In this document: positions 47,412 through 57,207 of the stretch, piece after piece
Numbering within the stretch: position 1 is the first letter of the stretch
Layout of the letters: every line of letters starts with the position of its first letter
Virus record (IMG/VR): IMGVR_UViG_3300045973_000245
Coordinates: 1-62,755 of that record
Strand: one strand, 5' to 3'
Length of the DNA: 62,755 bases
DNA from: a virus
Lineage: Duplodnaviria > Caudoviricetes
Notes under the pieces: generated by a model
What the model saw: the letters and a program-made list of their open reading frames with translations, nothing else
What the model was told of the DNA's origin: nothing
Database searches by the model: none
Translations under genes and position numbers: made by a program

Positions 47412-47810
47412 ATGGAAGATGCGTATATAGTAGCTACTCAAACGCCTCATTATCTGAATGGTGTTAGATGGGATTCTTATACTTTTGAATGGAAAGGTTC
47501 TAAGTATGCTACTGCGTATATTTCGTATGACCTTTATTATAAAGCAAAAGACACTGTGTTAAAACAACTTCCTTGGCCTGTAAAGATAATGGATGAAGTA
47601 GATTTTGGCCGAGGCATGATGATGGTTCGTAAAGATGTGGGCTGGCATTTATGGTGGATTCTTGTTTTCATAAAACGTTATGCGTTTAACAACAGGTTGT
47701 ATCAGCACTTTAAATGGCGTATCATAATGACTTTTGAAATTTGGGGACTAGCTTATCAACCTGAAGCAGAGATTACTAGTTGGCGAAATATTGGAAGAAA
47801 GAGGAAATAA
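47412..47810 (+). CDS. hypothetical protein
   Basis: 132-aa ORF abutting both neighbours. Confidence 0.5.
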   Translation: MEDAYIVATQTPHYLNGVRWDSYTFEWKGSKYATAYISYDLYYKAKDTVLKQLPWPVKIMDEVDFGRGMMMVRKDVGWHLWWILVFIKRYAFNNRLYQHFKWRIIMTFEIWGLAYQPEAEITSWRNIGRKRK

Positions 47811-48308
47811 ATGATAGAAATCCAACTTACACAAAATATGGTTGCCTTCATAGATGATGAAGATTATGACTTAGTTAAAGACTATAAATGGCATACTCAT
47901 GCTCATAGAAATACTTATTATGCTCAAACATTTCCATATATAAAAGGAACAGGTAGAAAAGGTAAGAAGCATTATCTTTCTATGCACCGATTGATAATAG
48001 GCGCTACACAACCCACCCAACTTGTAGACCATGTAAATGGTAATGGCTTAGACAACCAGAAAGAAAATCTAAGGTTCTGCACCAATAGTCAAAATGCTAT
48101 GAACAGAAAACAGGGTTGGGGAAGTTCGCTATATAAAGGTGTATCCTATAAAAAAGCTACAGATAGGTGGGTTTCTAGAATTATGCTGGATTATAAGTAT
48201 ACTTATCTAGGAAGTTTTCTTTCTGAGGAAGCTGCTGCAAAAGCTTATGATAAGGCTGCTATTGAAACATATGGAGAGTTTGCTAATTTAAATTTTAAGG
48301 AGATATAG
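47811..48308 (+). CDS. HNH-AP2 homing endonuclease
   Basis: MHRLI..VDHVNGNGLDNQKENLR..N..N; AP2 motif YKGV..W...YLGSF..E.AA.AYD.AA. Confidence 0.9.
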   Translation: MIEIQLTQNMVAFIDDEDYDLVKDYKWHTHAHRNTYYAQTFPYIKGTGRKGKKHYLSMHRLIIGATQPTQLVDHVNGNGLDNQKENLRFCTNSQNAMNRKQGWGSSLYKGVSYKKATDRWVSRIMLDYKYTYLGSFLSEEAAAKAYDKAAIETYGEFANLNFKEI

Positions 48309-48310
48309 TT

Positions 48311-48679
48311 ATGCTACTAGGCTACACGGCGGGGCCATATCGGGCTAAAACTGAGTGGGAATTAATAATGAACATTAGGCTTGCCGAAGAGTGGGCAGCC
48401 TATGGTTGGGCACAGAATTGTGCTATGATTTGTCCTCATAAGAATACAGCACATTATGGTGGTATCTTAGGACTTGATGATAGTGTGTGGCTTATTGGTG
48501 ATTTAGAAATGATTAAGCGTTGTGACTTTCTTTTGATTGTTCCGGGTTGGGAAAAAAGTTCAGGGACAAGGGGAGAGATTGCATTAGCAGATGAGTTAGG
48601 AATTCCTGTCTTCTATATGCCGTATGATGTTGGAAAATTTCAAGATTATTTGGAGGCAAATTATGGTGAAGAGGAATAA
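48311..48679 (+). CDS. DUF4406/nucleoside 2-deoxyribosyltransferase-like protein
   Basis: YTAGPY, RCD.L..PGWEKSSG..GE..LA..LGIPV. Confidence 0.7.
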   Translation: MLLGYTAGPYRAKTEWELIMNIRLAEEWAAYGWAQNCAMICPHKNTAHYGGILGLDDSVWLIGDLEMIKRCDFLLIVPGWEKSSGTRGEIALADELGIPVFYMPYDVGKFQDYLEANYGEEE

Positions 48680-48811
48680 AAAAGAAATTATTACAGTTTG
48701 TCCTGAGTGTGGCTGTAAATCGTGGATTGCTACAACAAAAGGACAAATGTGCAAGCAGTGTGGCTTTACTCAAGGTGCAGCACCTTTTTACGCACTAGAA
48801 GATAAAGAAGA

Positions 48812-49840
48812 ATGAAAATAAAAATCACAGGAGCACTAGATGTGCGCGATGGCTATGGGTATATTACTCATAGCCTCGCTCTAGCCTTAGATGAATTAGG
48901 TCATGATGTTTGGGTTAATCCTGTGAGTATTTGGTATTCTAAAGAGCAGCTTAGTCCACGAATACACGAATTAATGGTTCCGTTTGAACCTGATTTTGAG
49001 TTGATTATCATGTATCCAGTTCATAACTTTGGTGAGTTACATGAGAAAGCAGCAATTCTTACGATGTATGAGGCGCATAAATGCCCTGCTGAATGGACAA
49101 AGAAACTTAATCGTATGAAGATTCCTGTAATTTGCCCAAGTATCTTTGTAAGAGATATGTTTAAGAACAGTGGAGTAACAACCAAGCTAGAAGTTCTAAA
49201 TCTTGGAATAGACTCTGAATTGTACCAAAAGAAGCACAGGTATGCATCTGATAAGACGTTTCGCTTTCTTACAATGGGCAAGATGGAACCCCGCAAGAAT
49301 CTAAACGTGACCGTAAAATGCTTTCAAGAAGCACTTCCAACGGAAGATGTAGAGTTAGTCATAAAAACTCGGGAAAGATTTTTGTCAACCGAAGTAAAAG
49401 TTGCGGCTTGTAAAGATACACGAATCAAGATAATTGAGAAGACACTTACAGAAGCAGAACTAGTCAAGTTGTATAATTACTGTGATGCGTTTGTTTATCC
49501 ATCGCGCGGGGAAGGTTTTGCTTTTCCCCCACGAAATGCTGTAGCCAATGGTATGCCAACAATGGTAACTGATTGGTCGGCACTTGCTGAAATTCCTGGA
49601 GCAATAAAGATACCTATAAAGAATCTTTCCCCAATGTTTCCTTGTGGTTTTTCATACGGCGACCATGATAAAATGTATATGGCGAATATATGTGAAGCTG
49701 ATTTAGTTGCTGAAATGAGAAGTTTTGTAAAAGACCATTACTATTATAATGCCATAGCCGATATGACGTACAATACTGACCAGGATACTTGGGAAGAGTG
49801 TGCTCTTAACTTAGTAAGGATGATTAAAAATGGACTCTAA
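48812..49840 (+). CDS. glycosyltransferase, GT4/GT-B
   Basis: GYG, RKN, YN.CDAFVYPSRGEGF..P...A.ANGMP. Confidence 0.85.
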   Translation: MKIKITGALDVRDGYGYITHSLALALDELGHDVWVNPVSIWYSKEQLSPRIHELMVPFEPDFELIIMYPVHNFGELHEKAAILTMYEAHKCPAEWTKKLNRMKIPVICPSIFVRDMFKNSGVTTKLEVLNLGIDSELYQKKHRYASDKTFRFLTMGKMEPRKNLNVTVKCFQEALPTEDVELVIKTRERFLSTEVKVAACKDTRIKIIEKTLTEAELVKLYNYCDAFVYPSRGEGFAFPPRNAVANGMPTMVTDWSALAEIPGAIKIPIKNLSPMFPCGFSYGDHDKMYMANICEADLVAEMRSFVKDHYYYNAIADMTYNTDQDTWEECALNLVRMIKNGL

Positions 49841-50012
49841 AGAAGAAAAGAAACCAAAATATTGGTATATGATTTACGAAGACGAGTGTGTTCTTTGTGG
49901 CCGTCACGATATTTGGCGTGAAAGACAAGACACTCCAAAACCTGAAAAATGGGAAGACCGTCATGAGCGTACTGAGTATGCTTGTGATTGGCATTTTTTA
50001 TAAAGGAGACAA

Positions 50013-51449
50013 ATGACTATCGCATTAAACATGATAGTGGGTCCATACGAAGAACCTTTCTTAGCAGCAGCCTTAGCTTCGGTGCTAGACTTATGTGATG
50101 AGATAGTTTTTGTAGACACTTCTCCAGGTAATAACCCAAATATTGGCATTATGAGAATGTTTGGTAGGGTAATAGAAATGCCAAGGGGAGAAGATAAAGA
50201 CTTTTCTTTTGCTGCTGCTAGAGAGTTGGCTAGAGTTAACACTAAGAGTGAGTGGGTTCTTCGTCTTGATGCTGATGAAGTCTTGCATGAGTCTACGATA
50301 GCTATTTTAAAAAAAGCTACTGAAGACATAAGATATAGCACCGTAGAGATTGCATTTTATCATTTCATGGTGTACCCTTGGTTGTATCAATATATAGAAC
50401 CAAAACGTATTCTGTTTAGGAAAGACAACTTTTCGTGGATAAATGGTGTTCATGAGATACCAATAACTGTAGGAAGAACTCTAAAGAGACACGATATTCT
50501 GTTCTACCATTATGGATATTGCCGAGGACAAGAAGAAGTATTCAAACGTTGGCAACTGTATGTAGAGATTGACGGTAGACCTACATGGTACTCTGGTACA
50601 AATCCTGCTACAATATTAAGTGACCGAATTTCTGTCTGTCAAAATTTTACCGGAGAACACCCTAAAGTAGTACAGGGTGTGTTGGCAGATTTGTTCAAAG
50701 ATGTTATCCCTTTTCAAATACGAGCGATACCGAGGTATAGTATGACAGATAGATATGTTGGACTTCTTTTACTTACTCACAATGATGAGTGGAATTTGAA
50801 GCCTATGCTTTCTTCTCTTGAAGAAACGCTAGACTATCCTACTGTTATTCTTCATATTGATATGGATTCTACAGATACATCAGCAGCCTTAGTAGAGAAT
50901 TGGTCTGCATTATGCAAGAATAACAATTTAAAAGAGTGTATTACCTTACGTTGGGATAAGCTTTATTCATTATCCTCAACTCAAAACTATGGTTTTAAGC
51001 ATTTAATGTCTAGACAAGAGTGTGACTTAATTGGGTGGATTCATCCTGATATGCTTTATGCTCCAGGTTGGTTATCAGAGTTGGTAGCTACTCTTCAAAC
51101 ACATTCTGAGATTGGAAAGATTTGTGCATATAATACCCGCGAGGGAAGCCCTAATGTCACTGAAATTTTTGAAGGACACGAGCAGGCATATCTAATTAAA
51201 CGCGGAATTCTCCTACAAATAGGGCTGTTTGATGAAAAGTTTATAGGTATTGGTGGCTATGAAGATTGGGATATGAATAATCGTATCCGTAGAGAGGGTT
51301 TAAAAGTAGCCATTACTCCTAAGTCTCTAGTGTGGCACAAAGGAATGGCAACCCGAGAGAGAAGAGATACTACTGCTGAACAAATTCATAATCGAGGATT
51401 GTATGTCCAAAAATGGGGAACAGCTAGTGAGTGGATAGACTTTGCATAA
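50013..51449 (+). CDS. tandem GT2 glycosyltransferase (two GT-A domains)
   Basis: N-domain FAAARE..WVLRLDADE..VHE; C-domain DMDSTD..IGLFDEKF...GYEDWD...VWH. Confidence 0.85.
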   Translation: MTIALNMIVGPYEEPFLAAALASVLDLCDEIVFVDTSPGNNPNIGIMRMFGRVIEMPRGEDKDFSFAAARELARVNTKSEWVLRLDADEVLHESTIAILKKATEDIRYSTVEIAFYHFMVYPWLYQYIEPKRILFRKDNFSWINGVHEIPITVGRTLKRHDILFYHYGYCRGQEEVFKRWQLYVEIDGRPTWYSGTNPATILSDRISVCQNFTGEHPKVVQGVLADLFKDVIPFQIRAIPRYSMTDRYVGLLLLTHNDEWNLKPMLSSLEETLDYPTVILHIDMDSTDTSAALVENWSALCKNNNLKECITLRWDKLYSLSSTQNYGFKHLMSRQECDLIGWIHPDMLYAPGWLSELVATLQTHSEIGKICAYNTREGSPNVTEIFEGHEQAYLIKRGILLQIGLFDEKFIGIGGYEDWDMNNRIRREGLKVAITPKSLVWHKGMATRERRDTTAEQIHNRGLYVQKWGTASEWIDFA

Positions 51450-51999
51450 AATACACATAATAGGAGACAGTCATGCCCTTACTTTTATTGATGCGGATAA
51501 TGTAATTACGCATTGGATAGGAGCAGCTACAGCACATAATCTATCCAATAAATATGAAACTGTTAAACACTTTTTCAGTGGATTTAGTGACGATTATTGG
51601 TTTTGTTTGGGAGAAATTGATTGTCGTTTGCATATTTATAGGCAACATAAAATTACAGGTCGTACACAGTTTAGCTTGATACAGTATACAGTTGAGAATT
51701 ATCTTGAGGCAGTAAACGTTTTTGATGGTTGGAATCTAGGTGTAATGGCAGTTCCTCCACAAGGATACCAAGATAACTTTTTTGAATATGACTACTATGC
51801 ATCAAGAGAGCATAGACAACAAATAACTGATGTGTTTAACTTCTGTTTAGAGAACAGATGTTTAGAATTAGAGATACCTTTTATTGACATATGGAAGCAA
51901 GAATCATTGTGGCCTGAAGAAAACTTCAAAGAAGACAAATGTCATATTAAAAATGAGATAGCTACTAAATTTTTGGAGGAATACCTTGATAACAATTGA
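51442..51999 (+). CDS. SGNH-hydrolase-like protein
   Basis: IGDSH, GEIDCR.H, D.CH. Confidence 0.7.
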   Translation: MHKIHIIGDSHALTFIDADNVITHWIGAATAHNLSNKYETVKHFFSGFSDDYWFCLGEIDCRLHIYRQHKITGRTQFSLIQYTVENYLEAVNVFDGWNLGVMAVPPQGYQDNFFEYDYYASREHRQQITDVFNFCLENRCLELEIPFIDIWKQESLWPEENFKEDKCHIKNEIATKFLEEYLDNN

Positions 52000-52636
52000 A
52001 GATGAACCAATCGTTAAGTACAATGGGTTAGAGTTTTTCTACCGTCCAGAGACTACCGACTGGAATATTATTAGAGAGGCTTGTGGTGGGCTTAACACCC
52101 TACACTTTGACGTAGAAGATGATGAGCTATGGTTTGATATCGGCGCTCACATAGGTTCATTCTCTTGCTACGCCGCAAATAAAGGCGCACAAGTATTTGC
52201 TTTTGAACCTATGCCTGATAACTTTGCTTTTCTAGATGATAATGTTGCACTCAATAACTTTGAAAGCAACATTGAGTGCTTTCAAATGGGTGTATCCAAA
52301 GACGGTGCTAGTATCCCACTCTACATTGACAGACAGAATTATGGAAACTGTAGCTCTTTCAGGGGTGACATACTCGGAGAAGTGATTAGTGTACAAACAA
52401 TGCCCGCTAAGAACATGAATAATCAATCAAGCTATTGTTTAAAAATAGATACTGAAGGTTATGAATACGATATTCTAACAGAGGTAGATTTCCGTAAGAT
52501 TAGCAAGCTAGTGTTTGAATGGCATTACTGGTTGATTGAATTTCCCCATGAAAAATTAGATTGGGTGCTAGAGAAAATGAATGAGAACTTTGACCATGTA
52601 GCAAATCATGGAGATTACATATACTATGGCTGGTAG
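51986..52636 (+). CDS. FkbM-family SAM methyltransferase
   Basis: DIGAHIGSFS, AFEP, LKIDTEGYEY. Confidence 0.88.
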   Translation: MITIEDEPIVKYNGLEFFYRPETTDWNIIREACGGLNTLHFDVEDDELWFDIGAHIGSFSCYAANKGAQVFAFEPMPDNFAFLDDNVALNNFESNIECFQMGVSKDGASIPLYIDRQNYGNCSSFRGDILGEVISVQTMPAKNMNNQSSYCLKIDTEGYEYDILTEVDFRKISKLVFEWHYWLIEFPHEKLDWVLEKMNENFDHVANHGDYIYYGW

Positions 52637-53096
52637 AAAGCTAGACATAGGAAGACCTTCACGCAGACATGATGGTTGGGAAACCTGTGATATTAGGCAA
52701 GGAGCAGACTATCTTTGTAGTGCAACCAACGTTTCATCATTAGGAAAATTTGACGAATTAGAGTGTACTATGGTGCTAGAGCATTTACGCCCTTGGGAAA
52801 TTTCTATCGCCCTTTACGATTGGCATGAAGCATTGAATGTTGGAGGAATTGTTGATATAATAGTTCCTGACTTAGACGATATAATCCAGCTTCTAAAGAA
52901 AAACTCTACTGAGGCTTTACGAAGATTGTTTGGTGGGAGTCTTTTTGAAGATGGGCCTGATGATTCCCCTGAAATGGAACACAGGTGGGCTTTTACTGAA
53001 AGTACTTTAAGCAATGAGCTATTTGAAGCTGGTTATAGTGATGCTAAACGTATGGAATCCCCAATAGGGATACTAAGAATGAGGGCATGGAAATGA
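52626..53096 (+). CDS. class I SAM methyltransferase-like protein
   Basis: KLDIG, MVLEHL, W..AL..GG.....VPD. Confidence 0.7.
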   Translation: MAGRKLDIGRPSRRHDGWETCDIRQGADYLCSATNVSSLGKFDELECTMVLEHLRPWEISIALYDWHEALNVGGIVDIIVPDLDDIIQLLKKNSTEALRRLFGGSLFEDGPDDSPEMEHRWAFTESTLSNELFEAGYSDAKRMESPIGILRMRAWK

Positions 53097-53749
53097 GAGC
53101 TATAATAATGGCAGATGGATTAGGTGAAAGATGGTTGTCTTCTGTTGTAGGAACAGAGTATGAAAGAACGCCTAAACAACTGATAACAGTTGAAAGACAG
53201 ACTCTTCTAGCAAGAACTGTAAGTTTGCTCTATGGTTTTGGTATGCGTGATGTTTGGATTACTTCTCATGACCCACGAATGGAAGTGGGCGGAGCTATAA
53301 GATATGAGCCAGAAAACAATACACATTGTTTAGATAAGTTACAAGCCTGTAAACCTATATGGGATACCAAGTATGGAACACTATTTCTCTATGGTGATGT
53401 ATACTATTCTGCTGATGCAATATCTAAAATAAGAAATATACCTGTAAAAGATAGGTTTTTATTCTTTGGTAGGATGAATGTTTCTTATTATAGTGGTTGT
53501 GGGCATGAAATCTTCTGTAAGAAGATAGAAGACTTTGATTACCTAGAAGAATGTATTAGCTGGGTTAAATTTCATTTGCCTGATTATGGGGGTGGTTGGG
53601 AACTCTACAGAAGAATGTGTCTTGGTGTTACTGAGGTCGATAGATTAAAAATCCATATTCCATATGACCACTTTATCAGTATTGATGATTTAACAGAAGA
53701 TTTTGATGAGTATAGTCATTATAAGAATTGGAAGGAAGCACAAGAATGA
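53093..53749 (+). CDS. NTP-transferase (sugar/choline-phosphate nucleotidyltransferase-like)
   Basis: IIMADGLGERW...PKQL, LYGDVYY, DD.TEDFD. Confidence 0.75.
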   Translation: MRAIIMADGLGERWLSSVVGTEYERTPKQLITVERQTLLARTVSLLYGFGMRDVWITSHDPRMEVGGAIRYEPENNTHCLDKLQACKPIWDTKYGTLFLYGDVYYSADAISKIRNIPVKDRFLFFGRMNVSYYSGCGHEIFCKKIEDFDYLEECISWVKFHLPDYGGGWELYRRMCLGVTEVDRLKIHIPYDHFISIDDLTEDFDEYSHYKNWKEAQE

Positions 53750-53924
53750 GTACAACCTCAGTTACCATGTGTGATTCATGTGATAAGATAATCGAGTATA
53801 TTGACCTTAATGTTGTTGAGATAAATGGAAAGAGTCTAGTGTACAAGCCATACTATTACTTTGATTTGTGCCCGGAGTGTCTTCAAAAAATGATAAAAAA
53901 GTTTGGTGTGGAGGATAGAGGCGA

Positions 53925-54827
53925 ATGAATATAGCAATGTTGACAACTTGGAATTCAGCGTGTGGGATTGCTGAGTATTCCAGAAATTTAGTAGATGAGT
54001 TTCTTGCCACAAAAGAAGTAAACAACATTATCTTGTTTACAAATCAACCTGAGACAAGTCTTGAGGCTCGTCCGAGATTAGAGGTTGTTCCTATTTTTGG
54101 TGTGCATTGGTGGGGAGAAGAACCAAAGATTGATATAAAGAAGTTTGCTAAGGCATGGTACTTCTTTGTTAAAGACCACGGTGATATTGACGTTCTCTTT
54201 ATTCAGTACCAGTCAAGTCTCTATGAATCCGAGGGATTTAACTGGCTTCTTCAGAATGTAAAATGCCCAATCGTAATTACATACCATGACTCGACTGTTA
54301 ACTCAAAGCATATCTTTCCTGAAAAAGTTTCTAGCATTGTTCACAACGAAGACATTCAAGCTGAACATTACATTCCTTTTCCTACAATAGAGACAATACC
54401 GTTGGTGTTCAGTTTTGGAATGGGAAGAAATGATTACAATTTCATAGAGCAAGTTTGCATTAAACTAGGTGTGTCTTTTGTAGGTCACGACTCTAGAAAA
54501 TCTGGATGGCTCAATGAAAATCAGCTATTCATGGCTATGAAACAGGCAGATGCAATCGTTCTTTGGTACAACGATGTTCCCTTAAAAGGACAATCAGCCG
54601 CACTAAGAACAGCTATCTCTAGCCATAGACCCGTAATAGTGAACGATATTGGTTGGTTTGCAAATGCGCCACGTTTTGTTCATAAGTGTGGCTTTGACAA
54701 CAACCCAAAACTAGATAGTATTTATTTACAAGTCTTATTGGAAGCTGTCTTGCATCTAGATTATATACGAGAGAATTCTTTTGAGAAATGTGCTGAACGA
54801 TACTTGGAGATAGCAAATGGAAACTAG
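53925..54827 (+). CDS. glycosyltransferase, GT-B-like
   Basis: TTWNSACGIAEYS; QSAALRTAISS.RPVIV. Confidence 0.7.
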   Translation: MNIAMLTTWNSACGIAEYSRNLVDEFLATKEVNNIILFTNQPETSLEARPRLEVVPIFGVHWWGEEPKIDIKKFAKAWYFFVKDHGDIDVLFIQYQSSLYESEGFNWLLQNVKCPIVITYHDSTVNSKHIFPEKVSSIVHNEDIQAEHYIPFPTIETIPLVFSFGMGRNDYNFIEQVCIKLGVSFVGHDSRKSGWLNENQLFMAMKQADAIVLWYNDVPLKGQSAALRTAISSHRPVIVNDIGWFANAPRFVHKCGFDNNPKLDSIYLQVLLEAVLHLDYIRENSFEKCAERYLEIANGN

Positions 54828-55587
54828 GCAACAGTCAAGACTATGTGTAGAGCAAGTGTATACAAATGAAATGGCAAGATTTTTCAATCCAATGATGGTA
54901 GTAGCAACAGTTCTAGCTAAGGTTGATATCAATCCTTATGCTATTCGACGTTTGGATATCAATTTTACGCAGGGAGAACAGGATTTCTATTACAACAAAG
55001 TACGTCTTTGTATTGAAATGGATTACTCTGTGCCTGATTCGTGGATTGAGTACATGAAACAAAAAATTGAAAGGTTAATGAAGGATGCCTTTACCACTTC
55101 TTACGGAAAGAAGAAGGGTGATGATTGGTACTCTATGATTGATAAAGACCCACCGTTCTTCAATAAGGAGTTTTAGTGAAATTAGACCTTCTTAACGAGG
55201 CTACTGCAATTGACAAGAAAGGAATAGTATGGTTTAGAACCGTACTAAAAAATGCACATATGTACTGGCCTACTTGTACTGAATGCAAGAAGAGAGCTAA
55301 TATATATTGGACAAGTTATCCAGACTGTGATAAAGTAGTATGCGACAACTGTAGGGAGGATTTATAATGCTTAAACCCATGAAACCAGGACGTAGATACA
55401 TTCAAATCAATGTAGATGAACCATATGCAAAAGCTATCTATGAAGTTTTAAAAGCTGGACAGATAGCAAAAGATGATTGGCCTGAAGGGGATATTACTTA
55501 CGAAGAATGGATTGAAGAAACATTTGGTGGTAACTTAATAAACAACACATGGCATCAAGATGATTTTGACTATAGATAGGAGATAGT

Positions 55588-56034
55588 ATGAGCCGAGTAG
55601 AGTGGGATGAATATTTTATAGACTTAGCTGTGCTGGTAGCCAGCCGTTCAACTTGTCTTCGTAAGCAACACGGAGCTATCGTTGTTAAAGACAAGCAAAT
55701 TCTTAGTACAGGATACAACGGTACGCCTGTTAAGATATCGCATTGTGAAACTTGTTTCCGTCAAGAAAACAATATTCCTCACGGAACTATGTATGAGTTA
55801 TGTCGCTCGGTTCATGCAGAAATGAATGCGATTGCTTTAGCAGCCAAACATGGCATTGCTATCAATGGTGCAGATATGTACATCACTGGCTTTCCATGCT
55901 TAATGTGTACTCGTCTTATTATCAACGCGGGGATTAAATCGCTTTGTGTTCTTACAACAGAAGCCGAGCAAGATTATGCCTCACTTTCAATGGAATTACT
56001 TAAAGAAGCTAAAATGTCAATTAGGAGAGTTTAG
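55588..56034 (+). CDS. dCMP deaminase
   Basis: WDEYF..A..RSTC, STGYNG, VHAEMNA, PCLMC. Confidence 0.9.
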   Translation: MSRVEWDEYFIDLAVLVASRSTCLRKQHGAIVVKDKQILSTGYNGTPVKISHCETCFRQENNIPHGTMYELCRSVHAEMNAIALAAKHGIAINGADMYITGFPCLMCTRLIINAGIKSLCVLTTEAEQDYASLSMELLKEAKMSIRRV

Positions 56035-56507
56035 TGAAGCACCTGCGTTACATCAAGTATATAACGCGGCACAGATGGTTTGTATTTATTGCCTGCTGCA
56101 AGCTAGGTATTCCGTGGCTTGGTCTAATACATGACCTAAGTAAGTATCGTCCGTCTGAATGGCTACCCTATGCTAATTATTTCTACGGAAACAATTCAGC
56201 AAAGAACCAAGCAGCTAACAAGAATAAGCGGCCAGAAATTGTAGATGATGCTGCATTTGATTACGCTTGGCTGTTACACCAAAAAAGAAACAAACACCAC
56301 TGGCAATTCTGGATGCTGCCTAAAGACGATGGCTCTAATAGATTTTTACCTATGCCTGAGAAATATGTAAAGGAAATGATAGCTGATTGGACAGGTGCAG
56401 GTATGGCAATAGTAGGAAGAAAAGACTGGCGACCTTGGTATGAGAGTAATAAAAACGTAATCCAGCTACACCCTGATACTAGGGCTAGAATAGAAAGAGA
56501 GCTTTAA
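56034..56507 (+). CDS. DUF5662-like His-rich protein
   Basis: HDLSKY, AWLLH..RN.HHWQ.W, EMIADW. Confidence 0.7.
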   Translation: MKHLRYIKYITRHRWFVFIACCKLGIPWLGLIHDLSKYRPSEWLPYANYFYGNNSAKNQAANKNKRPEIVDDAAFDYAWLLHQKRNKHHWQFWMLPKDDGSNRFLPMPEKYVKEMIADWTGAGMAIVGRKDWRPWYESNKNVIQLHPDTRARIEREL

Positions 56508-56706
56508 ATGGTAGTATGCCCACGTTGTAAAAGAAGTCATTTTAATACCTTCACAGTTACCCGCTCCAAGTTTCATGACAAAATGCCGATAAATAAGTGT
56601 ATGATTTGTGGATTTCTATGGTTAAATGATGAAGATATAATTAGTCTTAGTAAGAGTGAAGCTAAAAAAGCATTCATAGATGCTCTTCTAAAGCTAGGAA
56701 AAGAAG

Positions 56707-57207
56707 ATGGAGCTTAAACTTTCTCAAGGTAAAATTGCTGTAGTCGATGATGAAGATTTTGATTTGATTAGCTCTTATAAGTTCAAGTTGCGTGAGTCTA
56801 AGTCAAGCGGTTTTTATGTGGATTGCTACTTTAGAGATAGCAATAACAAACGAAAATATGTTCCTATGCATAGAATAATTATGGAAGCAGAAAAGGAACA
56901 GAACGTAGACCATAAAAACGGTAACGGCCTTGATAACCGCCGAGAGAATTTAAGATTTTGTACAGATAGCCAGAACGCTATGAATCGAACTAGGATAGTA
57001 GGAAAGTCCTCGTATAAAGGAATCTACTGGAATACTGCCAGTAAAGGTTGGTATTCTAGAATTTATGTAAACAAGAAAAGAATTAACTTAGGAACTTATA
57101 AAGATGAAGTAGAAGCTGCTAAAGCATATGATAAGGCTGCTATTAAGCATTTCGGAGAATTTGCAAAAACTAATTTTAAGGATAAGAATGGAGACGACTC
57201 TAGTTAA
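56707..57207 (+). CDS. HNH-AP2 homing endonuclease
   Basis: MHRII..VDHKNGNGLDNRRENLR plus AP2 domain; paralog of 47811..48308. Confidence 0.9.
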   Translation: MELKLSQGKIAVVDDEDFDLISSYKFKLRESKSSGFYVDCYFRDSNNKRKYVPMHRIIMEAEKEQNVDHKNGNGLDNRRENLRFCTDSQNAMNRTRIVGKSSYKGIYWNTASKGWYSRIYVNKKRINLGTYKDEVEAAKAYDKAAIKHFGEFAKTNFKDKNGDDSS

